Assembly (NCBI RefSeq): GCF_026571515.1
Contig: NW_026863645.1
Location: forward strand, 248,001 to 312,000
Origin: Ruditapes philippinarum
Taxonomy: Eukaryota
Length of the DNA: 64,000 bases
Reading direction: 5' to 3'
Under the pieces are notes generated by a model. The model saw only the letters and a list, made by a program, of their open reading frames with translations. It ran no database searches and was not told where the DNA came from. Both the position numbers and the translations under genes were made by a program. Below are positions 38,408 to 51,900 of the stretch, in pieces. How positions within the stretch are numbered: the stretch's first letter is position 1; each line of letters opens with the position of its first letter.

Positions 38408-40048
38408 AACAAGAGCCATGTCAACATGGCCATCCCCCGCCGAATGTGTTTGCTCATTGGAAGATTGTATATGTAGTACAGCAGAATAATTCCATTTTAA
38501 GAGGTCTTTTGGTAATGAAAACTGATGGCTATAGTGATTACAGATTTGAAACCTATGTGAATACTGATGGCTGAAAATAACAAAGGGCAATAACTGAAAA
38601 ATAATGCAGGGTAGGTTATCATTCTTGTGTGCTGCATCCCTCCTCACTAAAATCTATCCACCTATGATTGAAGTTTCAAGTTGATACCTCAAATACTTTT
38701 TGAGAAAAAAATTGAATTGAAAAATTAAGTATGAAAAATAACAAAGGGCAATAACTCAAAAATTATAAAAGGTAGTTATCATTCTTGTGCACTGCACACC
38801 TCCTGAGTTAGATCTATGCACCTATGAAGTTTCATAATGATATCTCAAAGGCCTTTAGAGTTATTCTCTGGACAAAAATTAATTTTGAAAAATAAAAAAA
38901 GGACAATAACTAAACAATTATGCAGGGTAGAGTTATCATTCTTGTGCACTGCACACTTCCTCAATGAGATCCATCCACCTATGAAGTTTCAAGTTGATAC
39001 CTCAAATATTATATGAGATAAGCTCCGGACAAAATAGTATGAAAAAGAACAAAGGGCAATAACTAAAAAATTGTACAGGGAAGAGTTATCATTCTTGTGC
39101 ACAGCATTCCTCCTCAATAAAATCTATCCACCTATGACATTTCATGTTGACATCTCAAACACTTTTGAGTTATGATCCACTCGGGTGAAAAATTAGGTAT
39201 GAAAAATAACAATGGGCAATAACTCTAAAATTATGAAAGGTAGAGTTATTATTCTCGTGCACTGCACACCTCCTGAGTGAGATCTATGCACCTATGAAGT
39301 TTCATTTTGATATCTCAAGGCTTTTTGAGTTATGCTCTGGACAAAAATTAATTTTGAAAAATAACAAAGGGCAATAACTAAAAAATTATGCAGTATAGAG
39401 TTATCATTCTTGTGCACTGCACTCCTCCTCAATGAGATCAATGCACCTATGAAGTTTCAAGTTGATACTTCAAATACTTTTTGAGATAAGCTCTGGACAA
39501 AATAGCATGAAAAAGAACAAAGGGCAATAACTCAAAAATTGTATAGGGAAGAGTTATCATTCTTGTGCACAACATTCCTCCTCAATAAGATCTATCCACC
39601 TATGACATTTCATGTTGATATGTCAAACACTTTTTGAGTTATGATCCACTCAGGTGAAAAATTAAGTGTGAAAAATAACAAAGGGCAATAACTCAAAAAT
39701 TATGAAAGGTAGAGTTATCATTCTTGTGCACTGCACACCTCCTGAGTGAGATCTATGCACCTATGAAGTTTCATGTTGATATCTCATCGGCTTTTGGAGT
39801 TATGCTCTGGACAAAAATCAATTTTGAAAAATAACAAAGGGCAATAACTCAAAAATTATGCAGGGTAGAGTTATCATTCTTGTGCACTGCACTCCTCCTC
39901 AATGAGGTCTATCCACCTATGAAGTTTCAAGTTGATTACTCAAATACTTTTAGAGATATGCTCCGGACAAAAATGTCGGACGGAAGGTCGGACGGACGGA
40001 CGGAGACTATTTCTATATCCCCCGCCGCCATTTCGGCGGGGGATAAAA
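38408..40048 (-). mobile_element. HINE-like element, family B, intact, with a trimeric higher-order array
   Basis: Same termini as 27188-29402. GGGCAATAAC (or a 1-nt variant) recurs at 38585, 38746, 38901, 39054, 39214, 39369, 39522, 39683 and 39839. Confidence 0.85.
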
Positions 40049-40359
40049 AGGGAATTAAACTTTGAATGATATGACTTAAAAAGCGAGACAAAAAAAAACT
40101 TTATTTATCCACATTACAAATTACACACTCACAGACTAAAAAGGGTACTAAAACTTTGAATGATATAATGACTTAAAAAGGGGGAAAACCTTGTATGGAA
40201 ACATTTTCTATTTTTCAATATTTCAATCAATAAAACGTACATATCTCATTAAGAACAACCAAACTGACATTATTTTGTTAATAAAATTTTCAGTCAAGAC
40301 CCCAGCATGAATATGGTTCCAAAGTATGGTCTCTCGGCATAAAAATAAAATAAGATCAA

Positions 40360-40700
40360 ATTGAAAATGTCTAAAGAAGAGCAGCCCAATGCATCACGCT
40401 AGATTTATATGGTCAGACCTCTAGTGTCACGGACATGCTTTGCTCCCTTAAGCTTCAAAAACTTGAAATCTGACGAAGCTAGGTTATTCTTTTTCTATAA
40501 GATTCACCATAGTCTTGTGGCTATCCCCATAGAAGAATAAATGTGATACACCTCTCCTGAAAAATCACATCATGGCCTGGCATCCTGTGTTATACGTTAT
40601 TTACAGAACTATCATAAATTCTCCATTTTTCCTAGAACCACCTACCCCCTGCAGTTGCCTTACACTCTACCTCAGAGCAATTCAGTGCAGCCATAACTTG
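40360..40700 (+). mobile_element. Degraded 3' fragment of a LINE ORF2
   Basis: IENV*RRAA..QTSSVTDMLCSL..LFYKIHHSLVAIP resembles the post-RT region of CR1/L2-group LINEs. Confidence 0.55.
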
Positions 40701-41018
40701 CATGGAACATGTCTTATCCTAGTTTTCCAGCCCTCTTTTAACATTTTATATTCCTCTTTTATTAAATACTCTTTTTAAACAACTCTTTTTAACTTTCTTA
40801 TGATTTTGACACACCGCCATGTCTACGTTTCCACAAGAACATTAATGGAAGATCGATTGACAGCTGTCATACTCATAGATATTAAAAGTACAGGTAGATA
40901 GCAAATATTTTGAGAGTAAATTTCATTTTGGGGTACATATAAGTTCAAACAATTTTTTGCTCTCTTATTAAAAATATAAAGGTTAATATTTATTATTGCA
41001 AAGGTTACTATTCAGTAT

Positions 41019-42866
41019 TATAGCGAGCTCGACGAGCTGGCCCGAAGGGCCTGCTCGCAAAGCGAGCTTTACGGTAACGCGAGTACCTGCTAAGTGATGG
41101 TTTTGAAAACTTTCGTCCAAAGTTACGAATTTGACACATCGCAACCTTTCGAATTTAAAGATAACGATAAAAACTGAGGAATTCTGACTGAAAACGGATG
41201 TGTAGACTGGTCACCCGCGCACGTCTATGGGAACCATAATTGGACAAGGAACCAGAATAACGGAAGCTGTGTATAAAAAATGAAAATCGAAGGCGCCATT
41301 TTGTTTGAAAAATCTGATAAATAAAAACAATTTTTTTGTCAAATTTTGTTGTGAAAACTATCTAGAATGTAAGAAAATGGTCTAACTAAGAAAATTAATC
41401 CGAACACCAATATCTTTTATTCAGTCGTTAACGCTGTACAGACGTTTAAAGTATTGTTTACGTGACGTCACAACGTAGCGCCAAACAGCACGTGCAAAAC
41501 AAACAAATCAAGTACCAGGGTTCCCGCTGTCGCTCGCCAATGGCGCCAAATGCGACAAAATATTAATTCTGGCGCATAAAATCTTTAATTGGCGAATTTT
41601 ACTGGCGCCAACGTAAGATAAAAGCATCCGACAACTAGTACACTTAAATGTCATAAGCGGCCGCGTCAATTACATAAGCGGCCCAAATGTGAAAGGTCAC
41701 GCGCTATTAGTTTGTTTATCGGTACCGTATAATCAATTATGTCATCAATTGTGTGACACTTTGGGAACATGTGAAGATGAGAGTGGTAATTTGTTAATTG
41801 GAACAATTTACGACTTGGATCACTGATAATTACATGTGTGGTCAACAGGTGTTAGTAGCGAACAGAGAAGTGAAAGATCGTCCGTGATGTTGACAAACCT
41901 TAAACTTTAGGTAAGTTGACTCAAATAATTACAGTTTGAATATTAAATCGGATGACAATTAATTATTAAAAGAATAATTTCACTAATGATTGATCTAAAG
42001 CCACTGTTACTGCAATGTTAATATTTTCATATCTGATTGTAAAGGGCTGAAGTGTCTATTCATATGCAAACCCTATTAAAATAAACAATATTTTTCATTG
42101 TTAAAAATACTTAGTATCTATTTCATATTTTGTTCTCATTGATTTTGAGATGAAGTCAATTTATAGTAATGTTTTGTTTTTTTTTATTTTGTATCTGTAG
42201 ATCACCAGATTGTCAGGTAGAAGCTGTGAAAGATCTTGGCTCAGTCCAGCCTGTGAGAAGAACTGCTATACTGGCAAAACGGTGGAAAACAGGATGACTA
42301 ACTTAACATGATGTTCTTGATTACATTTATGCTGTCATGTGTATTTATTTAAATAGAATTTGAAAACCACATAATAGTATGTCTATATTTTAGATAATAA
42401 ACATGTGCAGCTGTAATAAAATGAAATATTATAAATATGTGTTTGTAATCATAATGATATATAACTGCTAGCATATCTTAGCAAAGATAGGCATGTCTCC
42501 CTTGCAGAATTATTGGCTCCAACTTTGGAGCCATTGGCTCCAACTCTTTCTGATTGGCGAATTTGGTGGCGCAAACTAATTTTGACCCAGAGGGAACCCT
42601 GAGTACACTATTTTAATGTCGCAAATGTGTTTAGTTTTACATTTATTTCACTTGAAATAATCTATATTTCGCTTGAAAAATTATAGAATGAAATAAAATA
42701 AACAAAGTTTTATCAACGTTTTCAAAACTCGTTATTCATTTCACGACAGGGGCGGAGCCATATTTAACACAGTACGTGTGACGTCACACGCACTCGTCAC
42801 TGCATTTGGAATAAAAATGAGCTTTCATACAAGTACATCGAGCTCGCTTTGAGGCTTTGCCTTTTT
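41019..42866 (+). mobile_element. CpG-rich Helentron-like element without a tandem array in BAP18 intron 1, interrupted by a hAT-like element
   Basis: Subterminal IR AGCGAGCTCGA / TCGAGCTCGCT, a 5' hairpin CGAGCTGGCCC..GGGCCTGCTCG, and a 3' hairpin AGGCTTTGCCT followed by a T run. Confidence 0.55.
41516..42601. mobile_element. Non-autonomous TIR element with CAGGG ends and a 5-bp TSD (hAT5-like)
   Basis: CAGGGTTCCCGCTG ... CAGAGGGAACCCTG, with AGTAC on both flanks. Subterminal TGGCGCCAA/TGGCTCCAA/TGGCGAATTT repeats occur at both ends. Confidence 0.75.
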
Positions 42867-42972
42867 CATATTATAATTATGGGCCGAGTTGGTATTGGGG
42901 CGAATGACTCCCGGGACGAGATAGTTTTAGGGCGGAGTTTACCCGGATTAAATGTGTTCATTATATTCTCAC

Positions 42973-42990
42973 CTTGCTTGCCGAACTCAT
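42973..42990 (-). CDS. BAP18: BAP18/C17orf49 exon 1, coding part (MSSASK)
   Basis: ACCACT-ATG AGT TCG GCA AGC AAG|GTGAGA. The human N-terminus is MTSASTK. The six exons sum to 483 nt, i.e. 160 aa plus stop. Confidence 0.88.
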
Positions 42991-43049
42991 AGTGGTTTTT
43001 TGATCGTCAAGGCAGGTCTAAAACTCAACCTTTTCCATTTTCTTCATAA

Positions 43050-43140
43050 AAAACGTCTCTTTCACTTGCTTTCTTTCCCGCTGCTTCGAAAAAACAAACA
43101 ACCGGAAACGAATTATTGGTTGGTTTGTTTATAAAATAAG
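43050..43140 (-). promoter_or_regulatory. Putative BAP18 promoter
   Basis: ETS-like ACCGGAAA and a CCAAT box (ATTGG on +) lie 110-130 bp upstream of the ATG. The TSS cannot be determined from sequence. Confidence 0.4.
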
Positions 43141-43429
43141 AATATGATTCTATGAATTAAGTTCTTCGGTAATTTTAATCGAACAAAAAATGAGAGAAAC
43201 TCTCTCGTGGGGTATCCTGGTGATATGCCTTTTAGAGGGTTCTTATCAATACTTTGAACGCAATAAAAAGAATACAAAAGATAGGCCTATTACATAACTT
43301 TCTTACACTTGTTTTAAGATATTACAATTCTGTCTATCCCTATAGTATACATTTTATCACAAATCTCTAAATGCTGTCCTCTATGTAAATCCTAACTACA
43401 ACATGACAACTACAACATGACATAGCCAT

Positions 43430-46400
43430 TGTCCACTTTGTAAACTCTCTCTAGACCTAATGCCCTTAATTGCCTCCTCAGTTCACTTTGTAGCTTCTTT
43501 CTTGACCCTGTCCATTATATATATAGATTCTCCCTATAGACCCTTTCTACCATATAGATTCTCCCTAGCCCCCATCCACTATGTAGATTCTCCCTAGAAC
43601 CTGTCCACAATAAAGATTCTCCAAAGAACCTGTTCACTATGTATATTCTCCCTAGCCATTGTCCACTATGTAGATTCTCCCTAGCCCCTGTCCACTATGT
43701 AGATTCTCCCTAGCCCCTGTCCACTATGTAGATTCTCCAAAGAACCTGTTCACTATGTAGATTCTCCCTAAACCCTGTCCACTATGTAGATTCTCCCTAG
43801 AACCTGTCCACTATGTAGATTCTCCCTCGCCCCTGTCCACTATGTAGATTCTCCCTAGCCCCTGTCCACTATGGATTCTTCCTATACCCTGTCCACTATG
43901 TAGATTCTCCCTAGACCCTGTCCACTATGTAGATTCTCCAAAGCCCCAGTCCACTATGTAGATTCTCCCTTGAACTTGTCCACTATGTAAATTCTTCCTA
44001 GAACCTGTCCTCTATGTAGATTCTCACTAGCCCATTGTCCACTATGTAGATTCTCCCTAGCCCCTGTCCATTATGTAGATTCTCCCTAGCCCCTGTCCAC
44101 TATGTAGATTCTCCCTAGCCCCTGTCCACTATTTAAGTTCTCCCTAGACCCTGTCCACTATGTATATTCTCCCTAGCCCCTGTCTACTATGTAGATTCTT
44201 CCTAGACCTTGTCCACTATGTATATTCTCCTTAATACCTGTCCACTATGTAGATTCTCGCTTGACCCTGTCCACTATTTAGGTTCTCCCTAGACCCTGTC
44301 CACTTATGTATATTCTCCCTAGCCCCTGTCAAGTATGTAGATTCTTCCTAGACCCTGTCCACTATGTACATTATCCCTAGCCCCTGTCCACTATGTAGAT
44401 TCTCCCTAGAACCTGTCCACAATCTAGATTCTCCAAAGAACCTGTTCACTATGTATATTCTCCCTAGCCATTGTCCACTATGTAGATTCTCCCTAGCCCC
44501 TGTCCACTATGTAGATTCTCCCTAGCCCCTGTCCACTATGTAGATTCTCCTTAGCCCCTGTCCACTATGTATATTCTCCTTAATACCTGTCCACTATGTA
44601 GATTCTCCCTAGACCCTGTCCACAATGTAGATTCTCCAAAGAACCTGTTCACTATGTAGATTCTCCCTAGACCCTGTCCATTATGTAGATTCTCCCTAGA
44701 CCCTGTCCATTATGTAGATTCTCCCTAGCCCCTGTCCACTATGTAGATTCTCCCTAGCCCCTATCCACTATGTAGATTCTCCCTAGCCCCTGTCCACTAT
44801 GTATATTCTCCTTAATACCTGTCCACTATGTAGATATCACTTGACCCTGTCCACTATTTAGGTTCTCCCTAGACCCTGTCCACTATGTATATTCTCCCTA
44901 GCCCCTGTCAACTATGTAGATTCTTCCTAGACCCTGTCCACTATGAACATTATCCCTAGCCCCTGTCCACTATGTAGATTCTCCCTAGAACCTGTCCACT
45001 ATATAGATTCTCCCTAGCCATTGTCCACTATGTAGATTCTCCCTAGCCCCTTGTCCACTATGTAGATTCTCCCTAGCCCCTGTCCACTATGTAGATTCTC
45101 CTTAGCCCCTGTCCACTATGTATATTCTCTGTCAATACCTGTCCACTATGTAGATTCTCGGTTGACCCTGTCCACTATTTAGGCTCTCCCTAAACCCTGT
45201 CCACTATGTATATTCTCCCTAGCCCCTGTCCACTATGTAGATTCTCCCTAGAACCTGTCCACTATATAGATTCAGCCTAGCCCATTGTCCACTATGTAGA
45301 TTCTCCCTAGACCCTGTCCACAATGTAGATTCTCCAAAGAACCTGTTCACTATGTAGATTCTCCCTAGAACCCTGTCCATTATGTAGATTCTCCCCAGAC
45401 CCTGTCCATTATGTAGATTCTCCCTAGCCCCTGTCCATTATGTAGATTCTCCCCAGCCCCTGTCCACTATGTAGATTCTCCCTAGCCCCTGTCCACTATG
45501 TATATTCTCCTTAATACCTGTCCACTATGTAGATTCTCGCTTGACCCTGTCCACTATTTAGGTTCTCCCTAGACCCTGTCCACTATGTAGATTCTCCCTA
45601 GCCCCTGTCCATTATGTAGATTCTTCCTAGACCCTGTCCACTATGTACATTATCCCTAGCCCCTGTCCACTATGTAGATTCTCCCTAGAACCTGTCCACT
45701 ATATAGATTCTGCCTAGCCCATTGTCCACTATGTAGATTCTCCCTAGAACCTGTCCACAATGTAGATTCTCCAAAGAACCTGTTCACTATGTATATTCTC
45801 CCTAGCCCTTGTCCACTATGTAGATTCTCCCTAGCCCCTGTCCACTATGTAGATTCTCCCTAGCCCCTGTCCACTATGTAGATTCTCCTTAGCCCCTGTC
45901 CACTATGTATATTCTCCGTCAATACCTGTCCACTATGTAGATTCTCGGTTGACCCTGTCCACTATTTAGGCTCTCCCTAGACCCTGTCCACTATGTATAT
46001 TCTCCCTAGCCCCTGTCAACTATGTAGATTTTTCCTAGACCCTGTCCACTATGTACATTATCCCTAGCCCCTGTCCACTATGTAGATTCTCCCTAGAACC
46101 TGTCCACTATGTAGATTCTCCCTAGACCCTATCCACAATGTAGATTCTCCAAAGAACCTGTTCACTATGTAGATTCTCCCTAGACCCTGTCCATTATGTA
46201 GATTCTCCCCAGACCCTGTCCATTATGTAGATTCTCCCTAGCCCCTGTCCACTATGTATATTCTCCCTAGCCCTGTCCACTATGTAGATTCTCCCTAGCC
46301 CCTGTCCACTATGTATATTCTCCTTAATACCTGTCCATTATGTAGATTCTCGCTTGACCCTGTCCACTATTTAGGTTCTCCCTAGACCCTGTCCACTATG

Positions 46401-48010
46401 TATATTCTCCTTAATACCTGTCCATTATGTAGATTCTCGCTTGACCCTGTCCACTATTTAGGTTCTCCCTAGACCCTGTCCACTATGTATATTCTCCCTA
46501 GCCCTTGTCAACTATGTAGATTCTTCCTAGACCCTGTCAACTATGAACATTATCCCTAGCCCCTGTCCACTATATAGATTCTCCCTAGACCCTGTCCACT
46601 ATGTAGATTCTCCCTAGACCCCATCCACTATGTAGATTCTCCCAAGCCGATTGTCGACTATGTATACTCTCCTTAGAACTGGTCCATTATGTAAATCTCC
46701 CTAGCCCCTGTCCACTATTGATTCTTCCTAGACCCTGTCCACTATGTAGATTCTCCCTAGACCCTGTCCACTATGTAGATTCTCCCTAGACCCTGTCCAC
46801 TATGTAGATTCTCCCTAGAACCTGTCCACTATGTAGATTCTCCCTAGACACTGCATACTATGAATTTTCTCCCTAAACCCTGTCCACTATGTAGATTCTC
46901 CATATAACCTGTCCACTAAGTAGATTCTCCCTAGACCCTGTCCACTATGTAATCTCCCTAGCCCATTGTCCACTATGTAGATTCCCCCTAGCCCCTGTCC
47001 ACTATGTATACTCATCTTAGAACCTGTCCACTATGTAGATTCTCCCTAGAACCTGTCCACTATGTAGATTCTCCCAAGCCCCTGTCCACTATGTAGATTC
47101 TCCATAGCCCATGTCCACTATGTAGATTCTCCCTAGAACCTGTCCATTATGTAGATTCTCCCTAGAACCTGTCCACTATGTAGATTCTCCTAGACCCAGC
47201 ATACTATGAAGGTTTCTCCCTAGACCCTGTCCATTATGTAGATTCTCCCTAGACACTGTCTACTATGTAGATTCTCCCTAGACCATGTCCACTATGTAGA
47301 TTCTCCCTAGACCATGTCCACTATGTAGATTCTCCCTAGAGCCTGTCCACTATGTAGATTCTCCCTAGACCATGTCCACTATGTAGATTCTCCCTAGACC
47401 ATGTCCACTATGTAGATTCTCCCTAGACCCTGTCAAATATGTAGATTCTCTCTAGAGCCTGTCCACTTTGAAGATTCTCCCTAGACCCTGTCCACTATGT
47501 AGATTCTCCCTAGACCATGTCCACTATGTAGATTCTCCCTAGACCCTGTCAAATATGTAGATTCTCCCTAGAGCCTGTCCACTTTGAAGATTCTCCCTAG
47601 ACCCTGTCCACTATGTAGATTCTCCCTAGACCCTGTCCACTATGTAGATTCTCCCTAGACCCTGTCCACTATGTAGATTCTCCCTAGACCCTGTCCACTA
47701 TGTAGATTCTCCCTAGACCCTGTCCACTATGTAGATTCTCCCTAGACCATGTCCACTATGTAGATTCTCCCTAGACCCTGCCCACTATGCAGATTCTCCC
47801 TAGCCCCTGTCCACTATGTAGATTCTCCCAAGACCGTGTCCACTATGTAGATTCTCCCTAGACTCAGTCCATTATGTAGATTCTTCCTAGACCCTGTCCA
47901 TTATGTAGATTCTCCTTAGACCCTGTCCACTATGTAGATTCTCCTTAGACCCTGTCCACTTTGTAGATTCTCCTTAGCCCCTTATCCACTATGTAGATTC
48001 TCCATTATGT
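43430..48010. repeat. 29-bp minisatellite, about 155 copies (4.5 kb)
   Basis: Consensus CTAGCCCCTGTCCACTATGTAGATTCTCC, with recurrent variant blocks and no unique spacers. Confidence 0.97.
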
Positions 48011-48014
48011 GGAT

Positions 48015-48265
48015 CTTTTTCATTTGAACAAACTTGGTAGACACTCACTAGAAGATGTTTACTAAAAATCTAAGCTCTAGGCATTTGGGTTTTTTAAAAA
48101 ATGATTTTTTAAGATATTTCTTTTGGTTGCCATAGCCACCAGAGTTGTGCATGGAATTAAATTCTTTGAACAACAAGCTGACCACCAAAGGAACATTCCT
48201 GTGAAGTCTGGATGAAATTTGCTTAGCGGTTTATGAGGAGATGTAGTTTAAAGTAAAAGTTTACC
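48015..48265 (-). mobile_element. Fragment of HINE-like family A
   Basis: TTTGAACAAACTTGGTAGACACTCACTAGAAGATG...TTTAAAGTAAAAGTTTAC matches 57190-57437. Confidence 0.7.
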
Positions 48266-48834
48266 AAATATAAACACAATCATTGAAAGCCTTCGAAAGT
48301 TAACCCATAGAAACCAGTAACTTCACAGCAAATTTGGTTCATAAGTGGTATAACTCTTATCAATAAGAAGTTGATTGCAGCAAATATCAAATATCGACTT
48401 GTGTTTTGATATACATATATAATGCTTACAAGCAAAATATAAACACAATCAACAAAATCCTTGAAAAGTTAAACTGCAGAAACCAAATTTTCTTGTATTG
48501 ACAGACAGACAAATGGTCAACACCATACCATAATATCTCCTGAACAATATAAATCAGGAAAATGCAATAAAATAAAAACAAAACGCTATTTTTCATTTTT
48601 TTTATTTTTTTTTTTTATTTTGTATTTACATTAATGACCTTATAGGGGTCGCATTTTGTGAAAACATCTTTTTTCATGAGATCTAGAAGACACAGTTGTC
48701 TCTTATCCTCAAAATTGCATAAAATTAGTGAAATGATTTATCTCATTTTCAGAATAGTCTTTGATTTTTTTTCTTCAAACAATATAATAACTGAATAAAA
48801 ATATGACAAAACTGACGACTCAGCAGAAAATAAA

Positions 48835-48977
48835 AATGAGCCGCGTCACGACAAAACCAACATAATGCATTTGCGACCAGCATGGATCCAGACCAGACTG
48901 TGCGGATGCGCAGGCTGGTCTGGATCCATGCTGGTCGCAAACGCATTATGTTGGTTTTGTCGTGACGCGGCTCAAAT
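48835..48977. mobile_element. Near-perfect 140-bp palindromic MITE (GGATCC-core family)
   Basis: GAGCCGCGTCACGACAAAACCAACATAATGC...GCATTATGTTGGTTTTGTCGTGACGCGGCTC. Confidence 0.88.
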
Positions 48978-51900
48978 GATAACATAGTGTAGGAAGATGG
49001 CAGTTTATGAGTTATAACATATATTACTAAATGGTTGGAAGCAACTTATGATACACACTTAGTATAAAAACAAAGGTTTTTTTTTATATATGTATATGTA
49101 TATATAGGACTTTTTTATGGTTAGTAAAATATCACAAAATAACTGCATAAACATCACATTTGATAGCACTTTCCTTTGAAATGTTATAAAAAAAGGTCAT
49201 ATTGGGAAATTTTGGACACCTATACGAAAAAGTATTTTTCCACTTTTCTTCATAAAGAATTGTAATATTAGTGGATTCAGTCCTTCATTTTTACTGCCTG
49301 ACTTTTTATAAGGACTTTGCAAATATCAATAATTATCTATATTTAACTTCAAGTTCTAGTGTTCAAACATGAAAGAGACTTAAAAATCTCAAAAATTATA
49401 TATCTAATATGAAATTTATAATATTTTTTCCCCTATTATATTAGCTTTCTTCTACCATACAATTCTTTTCTTCAATATAAAGTCTTATTAGTGATTGAAA
49501 TTAAGACGACTAATGTTAAATAAAATAAAATTGAAAAGAAGTACTTTTAACTAAGAGTTTTTGGAGAATAATTTAATTTATAACTAGCCTTCCCATAATA
49601 CAAACTGATGTCAGATAAAAATGGATCTATGTTCAGTACTGAAAAGATTGAAACGTTTTTTTTAACTAGTCCTACATCAATCTAATTATCATTTTGTACA
49701 AATAAAGAAAACAAAAAAAGAAACAATCATTATATAATATCATGAATACTTTGGTTGCAATCCAATCTGCTCACATCATTTAACATATTTACACAGATAT
49801 GTATCTAATTATAATATTAAAATTTAAATAGCTAACAGATGATAATATAATATATTTATATAATATTTATATATGTTTTAATTGGAATCCTACAGAATTA
49901 TTTCATCAGGTCTAAAAATAGAAATGCAACAGACGTTTTTTGCTGACTAAGCACATACAATGCGTAACTCAAAACTAAGTAAATCGTCTGAAATAAAAAA
50001 AGTTCTTGATCTTTACTGAAAAATAGGTTTTGGTTCTTCAAACAAATTTAAATTTTAATTTCTTTTCCATATAAATGTGTCTCTTTCCAGCAGAACAGTA
50101 TCTTCAAGAACTGTCATGAATATTGTTACAGAATTAGAATGCTATCTCCTTAAATTATATCTTTTTAAATGATAAAATCTCATAGGTTCAACGTAAATTT
50201 TCTTTCAAAATATAATATTATAGTACTGTAGGATTCAATTGTATGTTGGTACAAAATAGAATTATATCAACAAAAAAATCACCCCCAGAGGAAACTTCAA
50301 TATCTTTGACACATCTTTCAAGATTTAATACAATTCAAAATCCTTAATATGGAAGAAAAAGATAAATTTAATAGCTCTTCTGAAATATCGCATTTTTTTG
50401 CCTTTTTGCCTTTTCTTGGTTATTCTGTTGGTAAAATGTCCAGCTCTCATTTTTCATAAAATCAAACAGTGTTAAACAATACATCATACCAACCTTCATG
50501 CAAGCTTTCACTCTTGTTACCTCCAGGGGTTTCACTGAACATTTCAACATATGTTTCTAATCAATTACATACAAATAACTTAAAAATTCATTGAGAGTAC
50601 GCTAAAAATACAGACACAAAACTATCCCTCCGTTATATAACAAAAATTCTTTTTTTCTATGGGACAAAACACATATTGTGTAATTTTTTATGTACTTTTT
50701 TAATTTTTCAAAATTACAATTTTAAAAATCTCTACAGTAATTCAAAACACATTAAAATTTATACAGCGTAAATGTACAGAATATCATTTAAAGAAAATCT
50801 ATTTTTAGAAAAAACGAAAGTGTGTTATAGTCTAAAAACAACTGTACAATAATGCAAGAATAAAAGTTTTAGGGGTTCACAATGATAAAGAAAAAACAAC
50901 CAAGGTATAATCTGGCCTTGTGTTGAAACAACACTATGACAAAGGTTCACGAAAAACACCTTGATTTTCCGCGTCATCTGCCAAAATGTAGTTCTTTCTA
51001 CAAAATCGAAAAAAGCAAGAAAACACTACATTGTAAAGCCATCACTTGAAAGTAAACAAAAAACGTATTGACTTTTTTGTTTATAAAAAAATACCATAGT
51101 ATGAAATGAAATGTCCACTTCACAATTACGTTCATTTTTGTTTTGTAATTACCGTTGATAACTGGCAATTTCAACAACACGGACATGGAATGTCAACCAT
51201 TCTCATTCTTCATGACAGAGATTCTACTTTTTCAATCTCCCGAAATAGAGAGTATCATATAGTTTTAAACTACCTCCACGTGGAGAGTACTCTTTTTCTT
51301 AGTTTCAATGCACTCCTCATTATTTTTTCATTCACAAAACATAAATTTGTGTATTTTTCGAAATTGCACACCTGCAAAAATGTTACATTATCACCAACTG
51401 AAGGTGTCAGGGAAATTAATCACACAAGATAAAAAAACAACAACATTTTTCATGACTGATGATTTCTGTAATAAAAAAAATAAAATCTATCTTTTCTCCT
51501 GAAAATTTTCCGCATCAACGGAAAAAAGAAACACTGATTTCATAGCCAAATTTTAACACAAGTCTTGTATACATCGCATGATTATCTTAACCTTAGTAGT
51601 CATTACTTCATTCCACCATTTATCTTTTATTTGCTTCATTGACCTGTCCAAGTTTGAAAGTTGGGAAGAATACATTAAAGCAGCACACCTCCAGATTTAT
51701 GCTAATTTTCATGAAAATTTTGAAAATGTATTTAACAGTATAATATTACGAAGTTACCAAAAGGAAGCAATTTACACATTATCATTGGCACTTACAACCA
51801 TGTAAATTACCATAAAGAGGCCAACATATGCAAAATTAGCCCTAACTGCATTAGAAAAAATGTAATAAATACTGAAAAATCGGTCATTAATTCCACACAA

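Noticed and set aside
43430-48010. CRISPR-like array (29-bp repeats)
   Set aside because: Units are head-to-tail with no unique spacers, there are no cas genes, and the context is eukaryotic. It is a minisatellite.
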